Part shown: piece by piece, positions 9,263 to 19,887 of the stretch | How the letters are laid out: each line of letters starts with the position of its first letter | Numbering within the stretch: position 1 is the first letter of the stretch | NCBI GenBank assembly: GCA_037481775.1 | Contig: JBBFKZ010000001.1 | Span: 96,001 to 160,000 of the forward strand | Direction of reading: 5' to 3' | Source: Candidatus Bathyarchaeia archaeon | GTDB lineage: Archaea; Thermoproteota; Bathyarchaeia; Bathyarchaeales; Bathycorpusculaceae | DNA length: 64,000 nucleotides | Position numbers and translations under genes: made by a program | The notes under the pieces: generated by a model | What the model was told of the DNA's origin: nothing | What the model saw: only the letters and a program-made list of their open reading frames with translations | The model's database searches: none

Positions 9263-9438
9263 ACTTTTCGCGCAGATCAGTAACTTATTTGGGTTTCCGT
9301 TTATCTCGGTTTACGATTGGCTATCCATTAAGAAATTCGAATTCAAAATTACTGCACTTTTAGATCCTTGTTAATTTTCTAGTTCATTTAACAGTCATAA
9401 TTTTTGGCTGTTACAATTGATCCGCAATTTAGTTTTGA

Positions 9439-10992
9439 TTAAATAAATGAGAGAAGTGTTACTTCCAATGTTTGCAAATTCACTACAGGCACTTTTCCTG
9501 GTGTTGGGTTTAATCCAAGCTTCTGCATGTACTCTGTCTGTTCTTGCCAACAACCGGAGTTCACAATTAATACTCCACGGTGATTACAATGACCAACAAC
9601 GTGGACATGCCCCGCATGAAAGATGTCTGGAACGCGATCTATTACGAGAAAATCTCTGCTTTCTGGTGACAAAAGTGTTTTGCCGCCGTACACGGGTGCT
9701 AAATGGCGACTTTGAAGAAGTAATTTCATGGCTCTTTCAGGATGTTCATGGCTTAAACCAGGCGCTGTGGCTATTATGTCGTCTAAGCTGCGGCCGTGGT
9801 ACATTAAAACCTCCACGTTATGAATGCTAACCCAACAAGGGCTACCGAGAGAATGTACTCTCTTAGAATTTTGCAGAATTTCCAGAAATTCTCCCGAGAT
9901 TGCTGGTTGAGGTAAAGCCTTCCTTGGCGTGTCATGGTTTCCAGGCGAAATAATAACTTCTATGTAGTCTGGGACACGCTCAATTAGTTTTGAGGCAAAC
10001 CTATACTGATTGTACACATCTCTTATCACTAGCTCCTTCATTTGATTGGGGTATATCCCAATTCCGTCGATTATGTCGCCAGCAATTAACAAGTATTTTA
10101 TATGCCCGGCTATTTCCTTCATTTTGTCATTTCCGTATTTACCGTTGAGCCATAGAATGAAGCGTTTAAAGGCGTCGCGATTAAACTTTGCACTGCCCAC
10201 GTGGATGTCTGAAGTAAGCACTGCGTAGACGGGCTCTGACGCCCTGCGTCTAGGTTTCTGGTCTACTTCTGGAAAAATTATGTCTTCAGCCAAAAGAAAT
10301 TTGCTTCTTGTTTTCACTACAGCTAGACATACAACTTGATCTGGAAGTAGCTGCTGGGCTTTTTTGTGTAGTTCCTCGGAAGCATTTCGAGGAACTAAAA
10401 CGGTGGCAAGTGCCTCTAGATCTTCAACTGTCAAAATTATGTTCTGCTTTGCTTCTTTTTTTTCAGTCACCATACCAATTATTTTAAGTTTGGCTTTAAC
10501 TGGAGACTTTAAGGCTTCTGTTATAGGTGTTGCAGCTTTAACGTCAAGCCTTTGCCTTAATAACCGTTCAATTCGTTTAAATCTGTCCTGAAAATATTTG
10601 AGGTAATCTTCAACTGTTCCGTTAGCACTAAGCTTACTTGTAGGGTCCTCTATAATTTTAATGGATGCTTCCACATCCTTTGCATAAGAATAGAAGGGGC
10701 TTCCGCTTTCAGTTAGATGTTGCTGTGGTGGCTCAAATTTTTCGCTCTGAATTTCGCTTTGTTCTTCTTTCGTATTCTCTGTTTGTCTAAACAGCGCTTC
10801 CAAAAGGCTTCTGTCGATGAATAATGGTTTTTCAGGTAATTCTTCTAATCTTTGTAATGCGTTGCTTATTATGATAGTAGGATCATCCATAGCAGAGACA
10901 TAGTGTAAATACTCAAAGGCATCGCTACTTAACTGATACCCTGCTGCAATTGTTGCTTCAACGGCTCTTTGCAGTTTCTCTTGTTCGTTCAT
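9439..10992 (-). CDS. polB: DNA polymerase D small (proofreading) subunit DP1
   Basis: SDIHVGS, AGDIIDG, PGNHD, YHGRSLDD, RHLAP, HAGHVH phosphoesterase motifs. Confidence 0.95.
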   Translation of the reverse strand: MNEQEKLQRAVEATIAAGYQLSSDAFEYLHYVSAMDDPTIIISNALQRLEELPEKPLFIDRSLLEALFRQTENTKEEQSEIQSEKFEPPQQHLTESGSPFYSYAKDVEASIKIIEDPTSKLSANGTVEDYLKYFQDRFKRIERLLRQRLDVKAATPITEALKSPVKAKLKIIGMVTEKKEAKQNIILTVEDLEALATVLVPRNASEELHKKAQQLLPDQVVCLAVVKTRSKFLLAEDIIFPEVDQKPRRRASEPVYAVLTSDIHVGSAKFNRDAFKRFILWLNGKYGNDKMKEIAGHIKYLLIAGDIIDGIGIYPNQMKELVIRDVYNQYRFASKLIERVPDYIEVIISPGNHDTPRKALPQPAISGEFLEILQNSKRVHSLGSPCWVSIHNVEVLMYHGRSLDDIIATAPGLSHEHPERAMKLLLQSRHLAPVYGGKTLLSPESRDFLVIDRVPDIFHAGHVHVVGHCNHRGVLIVNSGCWQEQTEYMQKLGLNPTPGKVPVVNLQTLEVTLLSFI

Positions 10993-11585
10993 ATAATGCT
11001 TCTCCAATTCCCTTTTTTCGGAACAGTTATGTAGCCTTCCTCATGGTTACCTACCCTTTCCGTTTGCCTCTTCAAATGGAGAACGGCTGTTAGGGCTGCA
11101 GTGGCTGCATCGATTTCATGGGGCGTTAGTGCGCGTGTTTCCAATTCTCCTTCCAATCCAAGAGTTTTAAATATCTCTTGTATTGCCTTCCAGTCTTTTA
11201 ATGGCATTCCCAAGGCTTTTCGGGTTGCGGTCGGATGTACTTCAATCGTTTTATACTTTTTTCCTCCTATTAGTCTATTCAACTTTATTGATCTTAAAGT
11301 GAGTTTCTGCATGGTGGGAAATCTTGGAGAAAATACTCTGTAGCCTTTTCTCAGCATTTCTTTTTCCGCCTTTCTAAAAAAGTTGCCTTTCTTTGGAAGG
11401 TGTAACGGCGCGTCTATGGCGATAAGTGCTGGGCGGCACCTTACTATGTTTTCTAAAATTTCGTTATCTTTGTGGATTAACTTTGTTTCTAACGCCTTTC
11501 CCTTTAGTAGTGCCCACCCTGTAGGGTTTTTGCTCAATGCTGCCAAATCTATGCCAATTACACATATACCATTAAATTCCAACAT
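10989..11585 (-). CDS. DUF429 family predicted RNase H-fold nuclease
   Basis: IGIDLAA, IAIDAPL, IEVHP, HEIDA motifs; ATGA overlap with DP1. Confidence 0.75.
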   Translation of the reverse strand: MLEFNGICVIGIDLAALSKNPTGWALLKGKALETKLIHKDNEILENIVRCRPALIAIDAPLHLPKKGNFFRKAEKEMLRKGYRVFSPRFPTMQKLTLRSIKLNRLIGGKKYKTIEVHPTATRKALGMPLKDWKAIQEIFKTLGLEGELETRALTPHEIDAATAALTAVLHLKRQTERVGNHEEGYITVPKKGNWRSII

Positions 11586-11661
11586 TTCCTTTCAAATTTA
11601 TATATGCGTTTTCTTATTTAGATACGTTATCACCAAAACGAGATTTATGAAGGAGATCTAT

Positions 11662-12633
11662 ATGGGAGAATTACGTAAGGTACAATGTACCCGTACTGGT
11701 ACCTTTTTTGTTTGTTTACCTCGTTCATGGGCTGAGCACCATGGTTTGCGAAAAGGCACTTTAGTTGCTCTGAATGAGACGAATGATGGTAAGCTTCTCA
11801 TTGATGCCAAATATGGTGCTGAACCGTTACCAAGAGTTGCGAATTTAAGTGTAGGGCCCTATCTAAGCCGTGAAATAATTAGCCGTTATCTTTTAGGCTT
11901 TGATGTAATTAACATTGAAGCAAAGACGAGTATTGACGTTGAAGTTAGAAATGTTGTTAAGGCGACTGCAAGTTCTCTGATTGGCTTGGAGATAATTGAA
12001 GAGAGTTACTCTCAGTTAGTTCTTCAATGTTTGCTGGAGCCTTCTGGTTTTCCTCCTGAAAAGATCTTGAGGCGAAATTATGCTATAGTGGCAGGGATGA
12101 ATCGTGATGCTACTGCCGCCTTTATCAATGGAGATTTACAGCTTGCCAAAAGCGTTATTGCCCGTGATAATGAGAGCAACAGACTTTATTTCTTGTTAGT
12201 TCGCATTTTACGTACAATCCTTCAAGCGCCAAGTTTAAGCGAGAAGCTCGGGATAACTCCTATTGACTGCTTGGACTATCGCTTAGCCGCAAGCTTAATA
12301 GAATCTATTGGTGACGCATGTGTGCAAATAGCAACGAAAACGATAGAACTAAATACTGCCCGATTCTCTGAAGAACTTCAAAAGTTGTTTGCTGATTTGC
12401 ACGCGCTTTGTTATGCTGCGCAAGAACAAGCCGTAAAAGCGTTCATAAATAAAGATATTGCCTTGGCTGAAAATGTGCGGAACATGAGTGAACAGCTTCA
12501 AAAGTTTTTCGCTGATGTGGAAAAAGTTGCTAAATCTCAACCTGTAGCGGTTATGCCTCAAATCTTAGCTACAGCTTCCTTTTTACGACAGATCTACGAA
12601 CATAGTGTGGACTTAGCAGATCTTGTTGTTTGA
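11662..12633 (+). CDS. phoU: Phosphate uptake regulator, AbrB + PhoU domains
   Basis: RKVQ..GTFFVCLPRSW AbrB N-terminus, IESIGD PhoU repeat; AGGAG SD before ATG 11662. Confidence 0.85.
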   Translation: MGELRKVQCTRTGTFFVCLPRSWAEHHGLRKGTLVALNETNDGKLLIDAKYGAEPLPRVANLSVGPYLSREIISRYLLGFDVINIEAKTSIDVEVRNVVKATASSLIGLEIIEESYSQLVLQCLLEPSGFPPEKILRRNYAIVAGMNRDATAAFINGDLQLAKSVIARDNESNRLYFLLVRILRTILQAPSLSEKLGITPIDCLDYRLAASLIESIGDACVQIATKTIELNTARFSEELQKLFADLHALCYAAQEQAVKAFINKDIALAENVRNMSEQLQKFFADVEKVAKSQPVAVMPQILATASFLRQIYEHSVDLADLVV

Positions 12634-12810
12634 ATTTGTTGTTCGATAGCATGCAGTTGCCTTTTTTATCTTTGTTTTTAAGGGACTTAATGTGACAAAT
12701 TATTAATGGATCTATCGTCGATAAACTGTTAATTAACACTTAGTGCACAAGGATGTTAAAAAGGAGATAAGTGCCGTGTTTAATAGTTATTACTGAAGAG
12801 GTGGCGTATT

Positions 12811-14358
12811 TTGCCTGATGTAGTGTTTGTGTTTGAGGTTCATCAACCGCACAGGTTGAAGCGAGATCTTTTTTGGGAGAACAAAGTTTTCAAGCGTTTA
12901 AAGAAAGAAGAATTATTTGCCTATTATTTTGATACTGATGTGAATCGTAAAATTTTCAAGCGTGCTGCCAAAAAATGTTACTTTCCGTCAAACCAGATTT
13001 TATTAGAGCTAATTGACAAGCACAAGAAGCAAAAGAAGAAGGTTAAGGTTTCTTTCAGTTTGTCAGGTGTTTTTCTGGAGCAATGTGAAATGTTTGATAA
13101 AGATCTTTTGGAAACTTTTCGGCAGCTTGCTGAAACGGGCTGTGTGGAATTTTTAAATCAAACATATTACCATTCTGTTTCCAGCCTTTATCCAGACAAA
13201 AGCGAGTTTATTGAACAGGTTAAATTGCATCAGCAAACAATGCAGAGTTTGCTTGGATGTGTGCCTGTCTTTTTTGAAAACACTGAATTACTTTACAATA
13301 ATGCCATAGCGCACGTTATAGAGGCTTTAGGATATAAGGGAATTTTCATGGAGGGCGTGGAGAAGGTGCTTGGTGAAAAATCACCAAATTACGTTTACGC
13401 CGCAAAGGACTGCAAAAATCTCAGAGTGCTGATGCGTAATTACAAGTTGACAGACGACATAGGCTTCAGGTTCTCGGCTAGATGGTGGAGCGAATGGCCG
13501 CTAACAGCAGACAAATACGCACAGTGGCTGGCTAACACTCAAGGGTATTGCATCAACATTTTCCCTGATTATGAAACTTTTGGAGAACATCACTGGCCTG
13601 AAACAGGCATACACAGTTTTTTACGGCACTTACCTGAAGAAATCCTGAAATGGGAGCATCTGAATATGGCTACTCCCACGGAAGTCGTCAGTAAATATTT
13701 GCCAGTAGGCGAAATTGATGTTCCCGAGGCGAAGGGCACTGTTTCTTGGGCTGATCTCGAGAGGGACTCAAGTGGATGGCTTGGTAATGCTATGCAATGG
13801 GCTTACTACACGAGTTTGAGGCGGCTTGAGCCGCTTGTTAAAGAGGCTGAAGATGAGGAACTTCTAAGATTGTGGCGGTATTTTCAAACAAGTGATCATC
13901 TATATTACATGTATACTGCAGGTGGCGCTCCAGGAGAAGTTCATTCATATTTCAGCCCGTTTCAGTCACCTATGGATGCTTTTGTGGCGGCGCACACTTT
14001 AATATTTGATTTTGAAAACAGGCTTAGACTCGCGACGTTAACGGCAAATGAGCCTTTCTTGTTTTATACGAATGTTGGTGAAGAAAATTACACTGGTGTT
14101 ATGGCATGGACCCTAAAGGGGTTTATAAAAGCGCTTGAGACTGTTGATGTTAAGGCAGTGGAATTCCATAATATGCGAGGAGACTTTAGCAGTTGGGTGC
14201 AGTATTCCTTGCAAGATAACGGTTTGGCTGAGCAACTAAAGGCAATTAGTGTTTCAAAATTGAGGGGGGAAAAACTCCGCAAGGCTCTTATTAGTGTGGT
14301 GCAGAAACGATTCAGAAATTTGAGTCAGCAAGTGCAGGATGCAGTTAAACTCTTTTGA
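12811..14358 (+). CDS. GH57 alpha-amylase-like glycoside hydrolase with C-terminal DUF5752-like domain
   Basis: FEVHQP, QTYYHS, NTELLY, DYETFGEH, QTSDH motifs; C-terminal EFH..RGDFSSWV. Confidence 0.9.
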   Translation: MPDVVFVFEVHQPHRLKRDLFWENKVFKRLKKEELFAYYFDTDVNRKIFKRAAKKCYFPSNQILLELIDKHKKQKKKVKVSFSLSGVFLEQCEMFDKDLLETFRQLAETGCVEFLNQTYYHSVSSLYPDKSEFIEQVKLHQQTMQSLLGCVPVFFENTELLYNNAIAHVIEALGYKGIFMEGVEKVLGEKSPNYVYAAKDCKNLRVLMRNYKLTDDIGFRFSARWWSEWPLTADKYAQWLANTQGYCINIFPDYETFGEHHWPETGIHSFLRHLPEEILKWEHLNMATPTEVVSKYLPVGEIDVPEAKGTVSWADLERDSSGWLGNAMQWAYYTSLRRLEPLVKEAEDEELLRLWRYFQTSDHLYYMYTAGGAPGEVHSYFSPFQSPMDAFVAAHTLIFDFENRLRLATLTANEPFLFYTNVGEENYTGVMAWTLKGFIKALETVDVKAVEFHNMRGDFSSWVQYSLQDNGLAEQLKAISVSKLRGEKLRKALISVVQKRFRNLSQQVQDAVKLF

Positions 14359-14429
14359 ATAAACACTACGTGCATGTGTTTATAAGTGAAGCCTTCATTA
14401 TTTATTTGTTAGTTAAAGGTGCATATTGC

Positions 14430-14681
14430 ATGAGAGAGGAGCTTCCGTTTCCAGAAAAGGTTTTGCAGACATTGCACAATTTATGCGCTACTGCGGCGGA
14501 TTTAGCTAGACGAGGCGAAGAAGTAGCGTTTGTTCTGCAACGGGATCAGTTAGAAATTGAAGGTATCCTTGACCAGTACAAGTCTGAGGGTTTTGCTGAA
14601 AGTTTCATTGATAACGAAGGAAAGAAGCGTTATTATCTTAATGCAAGGGGAATAATCAAAGTCTGTTCGCTTTTTACATAG
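14430..14681 (+). CDS. Small hypothetical protein, possibly winged-helix
   Basis: GKKRYYLNARG wing-like motif; within the glycogen operon. Confidence 0.55.
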   Translation: MREELPFPEKVLQTLHNLCATAADLARRGEEVAFVLQRDQLEIEGILDQYKSEGFAESFIDNEGKKRYYLNARGIIKVCSLFT

Positions 14682-14690
14682 TGAACCCTA

Positions 14691-15323
14691 ATGCGCGTTT
14701 TAATTTTCTCGTGGGAGTATCCGCCTAGAGTTGTGGGGCAACTCGCTGAGCATGTGCAGTTATTAGCTGCCCAGCTGGTTAAGAACAAAGTTGATGTGCA
14801 TGTGGTTACTTATCATGATTTTTTAACTGGCGCCGTTGAAGAGCCAGACGGTGTTAAAGTCTTTAGGGTTGCGAACCCGGTGCGCACGCATATTGGCATT
14901 CTAACATGGGTTTTGACTTTAAATCAGGAGGTGGAGCGCGCAGCGGCAAGCATTTATTATCAAGTGAACAAGCAGGTTGACCTTATTGATGTTCATGATT
15001 GGCATTTTATACCGGCAGCAGTGACTTTGAAAAACGCTTTTGATGTGCCGTTTGTTTATTCTGTTGAAAGCTTAGAGGATCATCGTGCGCCGCCAGCGAA
15101 TACGCCTTATAGCATGTCGATAAAGAGTATTGAGTGGTTGGGTTTTTATGAAGCAAAGAAAGTTTGTGTTAAATCAGAGTGGATGCGAGACGAGGTTGTT
15201 AGAATACATGCTGTTCCGAAGGAAAAAATAAGGGTTGTTACACCTAACACGAATTTTTGGTTAAAGGATATTTTGGGGCTATACAAGACGGTGGCTGGAG
15301 GCTGGGCAGCTAGTGAAGCATGA
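14691..15323 (+). CDS. GT4 glycosyltransferase, N-terminal domain only
   Basis: SWEYPPRVVG and VHDWH motifs; lacks the C-terminal EPFG..LEA domain. Confidence 0.75.
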   Translation: MRVLIFSWEYPPRVVGQLAEHVQLLAAQLVKNKVDVHVVTYHDFLTGAVEEPDGVKVFRVANPVRTHIGILTWVLTLNQEVERAAASIYYQVNKQVDLIDVHDWHFIPAAVTLKNAFDVPFVYSVESLEDHRAPPANTPYSMSIKSIEWLGFYEAKKVCVKSEWMRDEVVRIHAVPKEKIRVVTPNTNFWLKDILGLYKTVAGGWAASEA

Positions 15324-16521
15324 ACTTAGCGTTATGATGTTTAGTTGGGAGTTTCCACCGCGTGTTATAGGCGGCATTTCGCCTCATGTGTACTTTTTAT
15401 CTAAAAGCTTAGCTAAAAACGGCGTGAAGGTGTACGTAGTAACCTGCGATTTTCCTGATACGCCTATGCATGAGGTTATTGATGGTGTAGAAGTTTACAG
15501 GGTAGATTCCTACAAAAATCCTGCACCAGATTTTGCCACATGGGTTTACCTGATGAATTTGAACATGCAAACGGAAGCAGCAGCCATTGTGAATAGGGTA
15601 GCGGATAGAATTGATGTTTTTCATGCGCATGACTGGCTGGTTGCTACCTCATGCATTGGGTTGAAGCATGTTTTTAGGAAGCCGCTTTTGGTTACCATGC
15701 ACTCTACCGAGATTGGGCGCAGAGATGGACTTCATACGAATATGGAACGGATGATTCATGAGACCGAAGCTTGGCTCACGTACGAGGCTTGGCGGGTAAT
15801 TTGCTGTAGTAATTATATGGTTTCACATGTCAAATGGGCTTTTGGGCTTCCAGAAGACAAACTGACTATGATTCCTAATGGCGTGAATGCCAGCGTTTAC
15901 GCGGACATTGAAAAAGAGAATTTAAAAGAATTTCGCGCAAAGTTTGCGTTGCCTGAAGAGAAAATTGTGCTTTATGTTGGTAGACTTGTCTATGAAAAGG
16001 GCATACACATACTCGTCAACGCTGCGCCTAAAATTTTGGAGAAAGTTAACGCCAAATTCCTAATAGTTGGCAGTGGATATATGAAAGAACAGCTTCTCAA
16101 CATAGTTAGAAGTATGAGGTTGGAACATAAGGTTCTTTTTTTAGGCTTTATGGACGAAGCCACTTTACTTAGGCTGCAGAAGTGCGCTGACGTTTCTGTT
16201 GTGCCCTCTTTGTTTGAACCGTTTGGTATTGTGGCTTTGGAAGCAATGGCGGCAAAAAGCCCTGTTGTGGTTTCTGACACAGGAGGATTATCAGAGATTG
16301 TTGATCATGATTTTACAGGCGTTAAAGTTTACCCAAATAACCCTGACTCGTTGGCATGGGGCATAACCAAGGTTTTGCTGGATGAAAATTACAGCCGCTA
16401 CATAAGCGAAAACGCCTATAGAAGAGTACGAGAGAAATACGATTGGGACAAGATTGCGCAGCAAACTAAGCAGATGTACCAAACTGTTTTAGGCGAGTAC
16501 TCCAAAAGCTTCTGGGCGTAA
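15313..16521 (+). CDS. GT4 glycosyltransferase (glycogen synthase-like)
   Basis: WEFPPRVIGG, HAHDW, VGRLVYEKG, EPFGIVALEAM. Confidence 0.9.
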   Translation: MKHELSVMMFSWEFPPRVIGGISPHVYFLSKSLAKNGVKVYVVTCDFPDTPMHEVIDGVEVYRVDSYKNPAPDFATWVYLMNLNMQTEAAAIVNRVADRIDVFHAHDWLVATSCIGLKHVFRKPLLVTMHSTEIGRRDGLHTNMERMIHETEAWLTYEAWRVICCSNYMVSHVKWAFGLPEDKLTMIPNGVNASVYADIEKENLKEFRAKFALPEEKIVLYVGRLVYEKGIHILVNAAPKILEKVNAKFLIVGSGYMKEQLLNIVRSMRLEHKVLFLGFMDEATLLRLQKCADVSVVPSLFEPFGIVALEAMAAKSPVVVSDTGGLSEIVDHDFTGVKVYPNNPDSLAWGITKVLLDENYSRYISENAYRRVREKYDWDKIAQQTKQMYQTVLGEYSKSFWA

Positions 16522-16610
16522 AACGCTCCCTTGCGTTATCTGCTTTATGATTACAAAGACTTAGAGTAAAAGTTAAAACCGATTTAGAATAGCTACTACC
16601 TTGGCTAATT

Positions 16611-17969
16611 TTATTTTCCAATAACTTTAACGTTTTCAATTAGCATCCACGGCGCAATCAACTGCCCCATTTTTCGCTCATTGCTAGCTACGGCGCTCAC
16701 GTTTTTTAGCACTTCGAATATGTTGCCTGCTAGCATCACTCCGCGGCTGCAGTACCCGATTTCGCCTTTCTGGATTTTCCATGCAGGAGTAGCCACTACG
16801 GAGAATTCGCCGCTAACGGGGTTGCTGCTGTGGGCTCCCTGCAAATAATAGATTATTAAGCCATCATCCACTTCCTCTATGAGCTCTTCAGCTGTAGTGC
16901 TGCCGGGCATTATGCGAAAGTTTGTGGCTTCAATAAATTGTGTTGAGAGATATCCTGCGCGTGCGGCGTTTCCCGTGCTTTCCCTGCCCTCTTTCTTGGC
17001 GGCGTAGCTGTCATATAGAAAATTACGTAAGATACCTTTTTCCACAATAGGCGTTTTCTGGCGTGGTGCGCCTTCGCCGTCGAATGTTGCAGTACGTAAT
17101 CCGCCTGGAAATAAGCCGTCATCGTAGATTGTGATGTTTTCCGATGCGACTTTTTCGCCGATTCGGCCTTTGAATGCAGACTGGCCTCGCTGAACATTAT
17201 CTGCTTTTACAGCGTTGATTAGCGTAAAATAAAGGAGTTCCTGTAAAGCGAACTGTGTTAGGATTATTTTGGTGGTTTCTGTTTTTACTCGTTTAGTTTT
17301 TAAGGCAGAAACTGCCAAGCGTGCGGCTTCTTTCCCTACCCATTCAGCATCAATGGCATAGCTACGTTCGGCATTAAACTCAAAGCAAACAGGCGTCACT
17401 CTGTTGCCTTCTTTGGCCACTGTCGCTAAACTACATTCTATTATAGTTCCCTTGTCGAAGCCTTCAACACCGCTTGAGTTAACTATGGCATTTGAGAGGT
17501 AAGCAGCGCCAACTCCGCCTTCAACTGGAAAAACCCTCTTATCAACAGCGCCAGCGGCATCCAGCATTTTGAAGGCAACGCTAACAAGGTCTTCTACGCG
17601 CAGTTCAAGAATTCTATCGTCATATGTTTTTTCAGCTTTACCATAAGTTTTCTTATCAATCAGTCCTTTCCAGTCTGAATCAGGCTTGCTCGCTTTTGCA
17701 GCGCTTAAAGCTCTAAGTACCGTGTCCTCAATTGCTTTCTGCTCTTCTATTACGTTCGTGTATGCAAAACCTACCGCTCTGTTAACTATGACTCGTAAGC
17801 CTAAACCTCTATCAATTATTCTTTGGCTTTTGGTTATTTGGCCGCGTTCTATGCCTACGTTTGTGGTTTGGCCCTCGTAAACGTAGGCTTCAGCTTCCTT
17901 GGCGCCACATCTTAAGGCCATGTCCACGGTTTTTTTAGCCAAATTTAGCATTTGGTCTTTTTCAAGCAC
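16611..17969 (-). CDS. pmbA: PmbA/TldE family protein
   Basis: [18 protein letters not shown] motifs; no HExxH; follows tldD. Confidence 0.88.
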   Translation of the reverse strand: MLEKDQMLNLAKKTVDMALRCGAKEAEAYVYEGQTTNVGIERGQITKSQRIIDRGLGLRVIVNRAVGFAYTNVIEEQKAIEDTVLRALSAAKASKPDSDWKGLIDKKTYGKAEKTYDDRILELRVEDLVSVAFKMLDAAGAVDKRVFPVEGGVGAAYLSNAIVNSSGVEGFDKGTIIECSLATVAKEGNRVTPVCFEFNAERSYAIDAEWVGKEAARLAVSALKTKRVKTETTKIILTQFALQELLYFTLINAVKADNVQRGQSAFKGRIGEKVASENITIYDDGLFPGGLRTATFDGEGAPRQKTPIVEKGILRNFLYDSYAAKKEGRESTGNAARAGYLSTQFIEATNFRIMPGSTTAEELIEEVDDGLIIYYLQGAHSSNPVSGEFSVVATPAWKIQKGEIGYCSRGVMLAGNIFEVLKNVSAVASNERKMGQLIAPWMLIENVKVIGK

Positions 17970-19347
17970 TGCCACCAACAATCACCTCTTTAACTCTGAT
18001 GTGTGGACCACCGTCGCATACAAAAGCCGTTTGCCCTTTCCCACAGCGGCCAGGCCATAACTCAAAATCCTTTCCGACGGCGTCAACTTTAAAGAGTGTT
18101 TCAAGAGTGTTTCCGCTTATGGAAGCGTTACGGACAGGCTTGCCTATTTCGCCATTAACTATCTCGTAGGCTTCTTGTATGCCTACTTGAAATGTTCCAT
18201 CTAAATTTGCTTGACCGCCTCTGAAACTTTTGAAGTAATAGCCTGAATGTATGCCTTCTAATAAATCTTCGAATGTGTGGTCTCTCGGCGCCATGTATGT
18301 GTTGCGCATTCGGATAATGGGTTCTACTCGAAAATCCTCTGCCCTTGCGTTGCCTGTTGGTTCAGCATTAAACTTTTGAGCGGTTTCACGGTTATGCATT
18401 AAACCCGTTACTACGCCGTCTTTTATGAGAAGTGTTTTTTGGGCTGGTATTCCCTCATCATCGTATTTGAAAGAGCCGAAGGCGCCGTCTATTGTGCCGT
18501 CATCATAAAAAGTAACCATGTCTGACCCTATCTTCTTTCCAAGATTCTCTGCCAGCACGCCACCGGACAATGCTAAATCTGCCTCGGCGAGGTGTCCGAA
18601 GGCTTCGTGGACGAAAACGCCTACAACGTTTGGTCCCAAAACTACGGGGAATTTGCCGCCTTTTGGGGGTTTAGCGGTTAACTGCTCGATTGCACGCTTT
18701 GCCACTTTTTCACCTATAGCTTCAGGCGAGTTCTCATCGAATATTTCGTAGCCTGCTGTAGAGCCTATTTCTTCTCTGCTGAAAGTGAAAACGCCGTTGC
18801 ACGCAGCTGTAGCGGTAATTCTTGACCAAACATATAGCTTATCTTGTTTTATGCGTGTGCCGTTGCTGTTCACGAAATAGCTTGTGCCGGTCAAATCCAA
18901 ATAGTCTATGGTGCAGCTTTTAACTCGTTTGTCATACTCTAATGTGGCTTTATTCACTGCCAAAGCGGTTTTTATTTTTTCTTCCATTTGAATTTCAGCC
19001 GGGTTTTTCCTTGGTTTCACTTGGACATTGTCTTCCACTGTTTTGGCTTTTGCAAGCTTTATCCGATTTTTCAACCGTGTGCTCGCGGTTTTCGCTATTC
19101 TGCAAGCGTCAGAAACGGCGCTTATTAATGTCTCAGTGTTTAGAGAGCCGACTGAAGCGAAGCCCCAGCCGCCGTTAACAAGCACACGTAATGCGACTCC
19201 GCTTTCGATACCTTGCTTAGCTGCTTCAACACGCCCTTCTTTCAAGGTTAGCATTGTTTTGTTAATTTTTTGCGCGCGAGTTTCAGCGTATTCAGCGCCG
19301 AATTTTTGGACGGCGAGGTCATTTATTTTTGATAGAACTTCTTCCAT
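17962..19347 (-). CDS. tldD: TldD metalloprotease
   Basis: [26 protein letters not shown]. Confidence 0.92.
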   Translation of the reverse strand: MEEVLSKINDLAVQKFGAEYAETRAQKINKTMLTLKEGRVEAAKQGIESGVALRVLVNGGWGFASVGSLNTETLISAVSDACRIAKTASTRLKNRIKLAKAKTVEDNVQVKPRKNPAEIQMEEKIKTALAVNKATLEYDKRVKSCTIDYLDLTGTSYFVNSNGTRIKQDKLYVWSRITATAACNGVFTFSREEIGSTAGYEIFDENSPEAIGEKVAKRAIEQLTAKPPKGGKFPVVLGPNVVGVFVHEAFGHLAEADLALSGGVLAENLGKKIGSDMVTFYDDGTIDGAFGSFKYDDEGIPAQKTLLIKDGVVTGLMHNRETAQKFNAEPTGNARAEDFRVEPIIRMRNTYMAPRDHTFEDLLEGIHSGYYFKSFRGGQANLDGTFQVGIQEAYEIVNGEIGKPVRNASISGNTLETLFKVDAVGKDFELWPGRCGKGQTAFVCDGGPHIRVKEVIVGGSA

Positions 19348-19471
19348 AGGCGGCTTAACCTTCTGTAGTGGGGTTAAAGCTGAGTAATTGGTTTAAGGAA
19401 ATAAAATAGTTTTGTTTCGCTTAAAAGTGTCTCGGAAATTTAATGCGCGTTTGCTGTAAATAAGTGGGTTG

Positions 19472-19789
19472 CTACGCTCTTTGTGTTAAGAGTTTCATTT
19501 GGTTGGCAAAATCATATTGCCCTTCAAACTTTACTTTATTGGGGGCGCCGTAGACGGCTGCAAGATCTTCCAATATTTTGTTTTCAATTACTAAGGCGCC
19601 TGAGCTTAGGCATTCTTCAAGTCCTTTTGCGAAGGCGTCGATGTTGTTTGAAAATTTATTTTTAGGTAAGGAGTAGTTTTGTTCTATGTACTTGTATATA
19701 AAAGAGGTTGCTTCTTCGCCGAAGACTTGTTTTAGGACGCTGTCGATTATTTTGAAGATTTGGTTTGTTTTTTTGGTTTTTGGCTCCAA
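19472..19789 (-). CDS. Small helical hypothetical protein (DUF3227/NitrOD5-like)
   Basis: LKQVFGEEA..IYKY...FAKGLE..GALVIE pattern. Confidence 0.55.
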   Translation of the reverse strand: MEPKTKKTNQIFKIIDSVLKQVFGEEATSFIYKYIEQNYSLPKNKFSNNIDAFAKGLEECLSSGALVIENKILEDLAAVYGAPNKVKFEGQYDFANQMKLLTQRA

Positions 19790-19887
19790 AGGAATCCCGT
19801 TGGACTATCACGTATATTACGACTTAATAAGTATTGTCTTTGTGATGTTAAACACACAAACACACAAAACAACATCAAAGTCCATAC

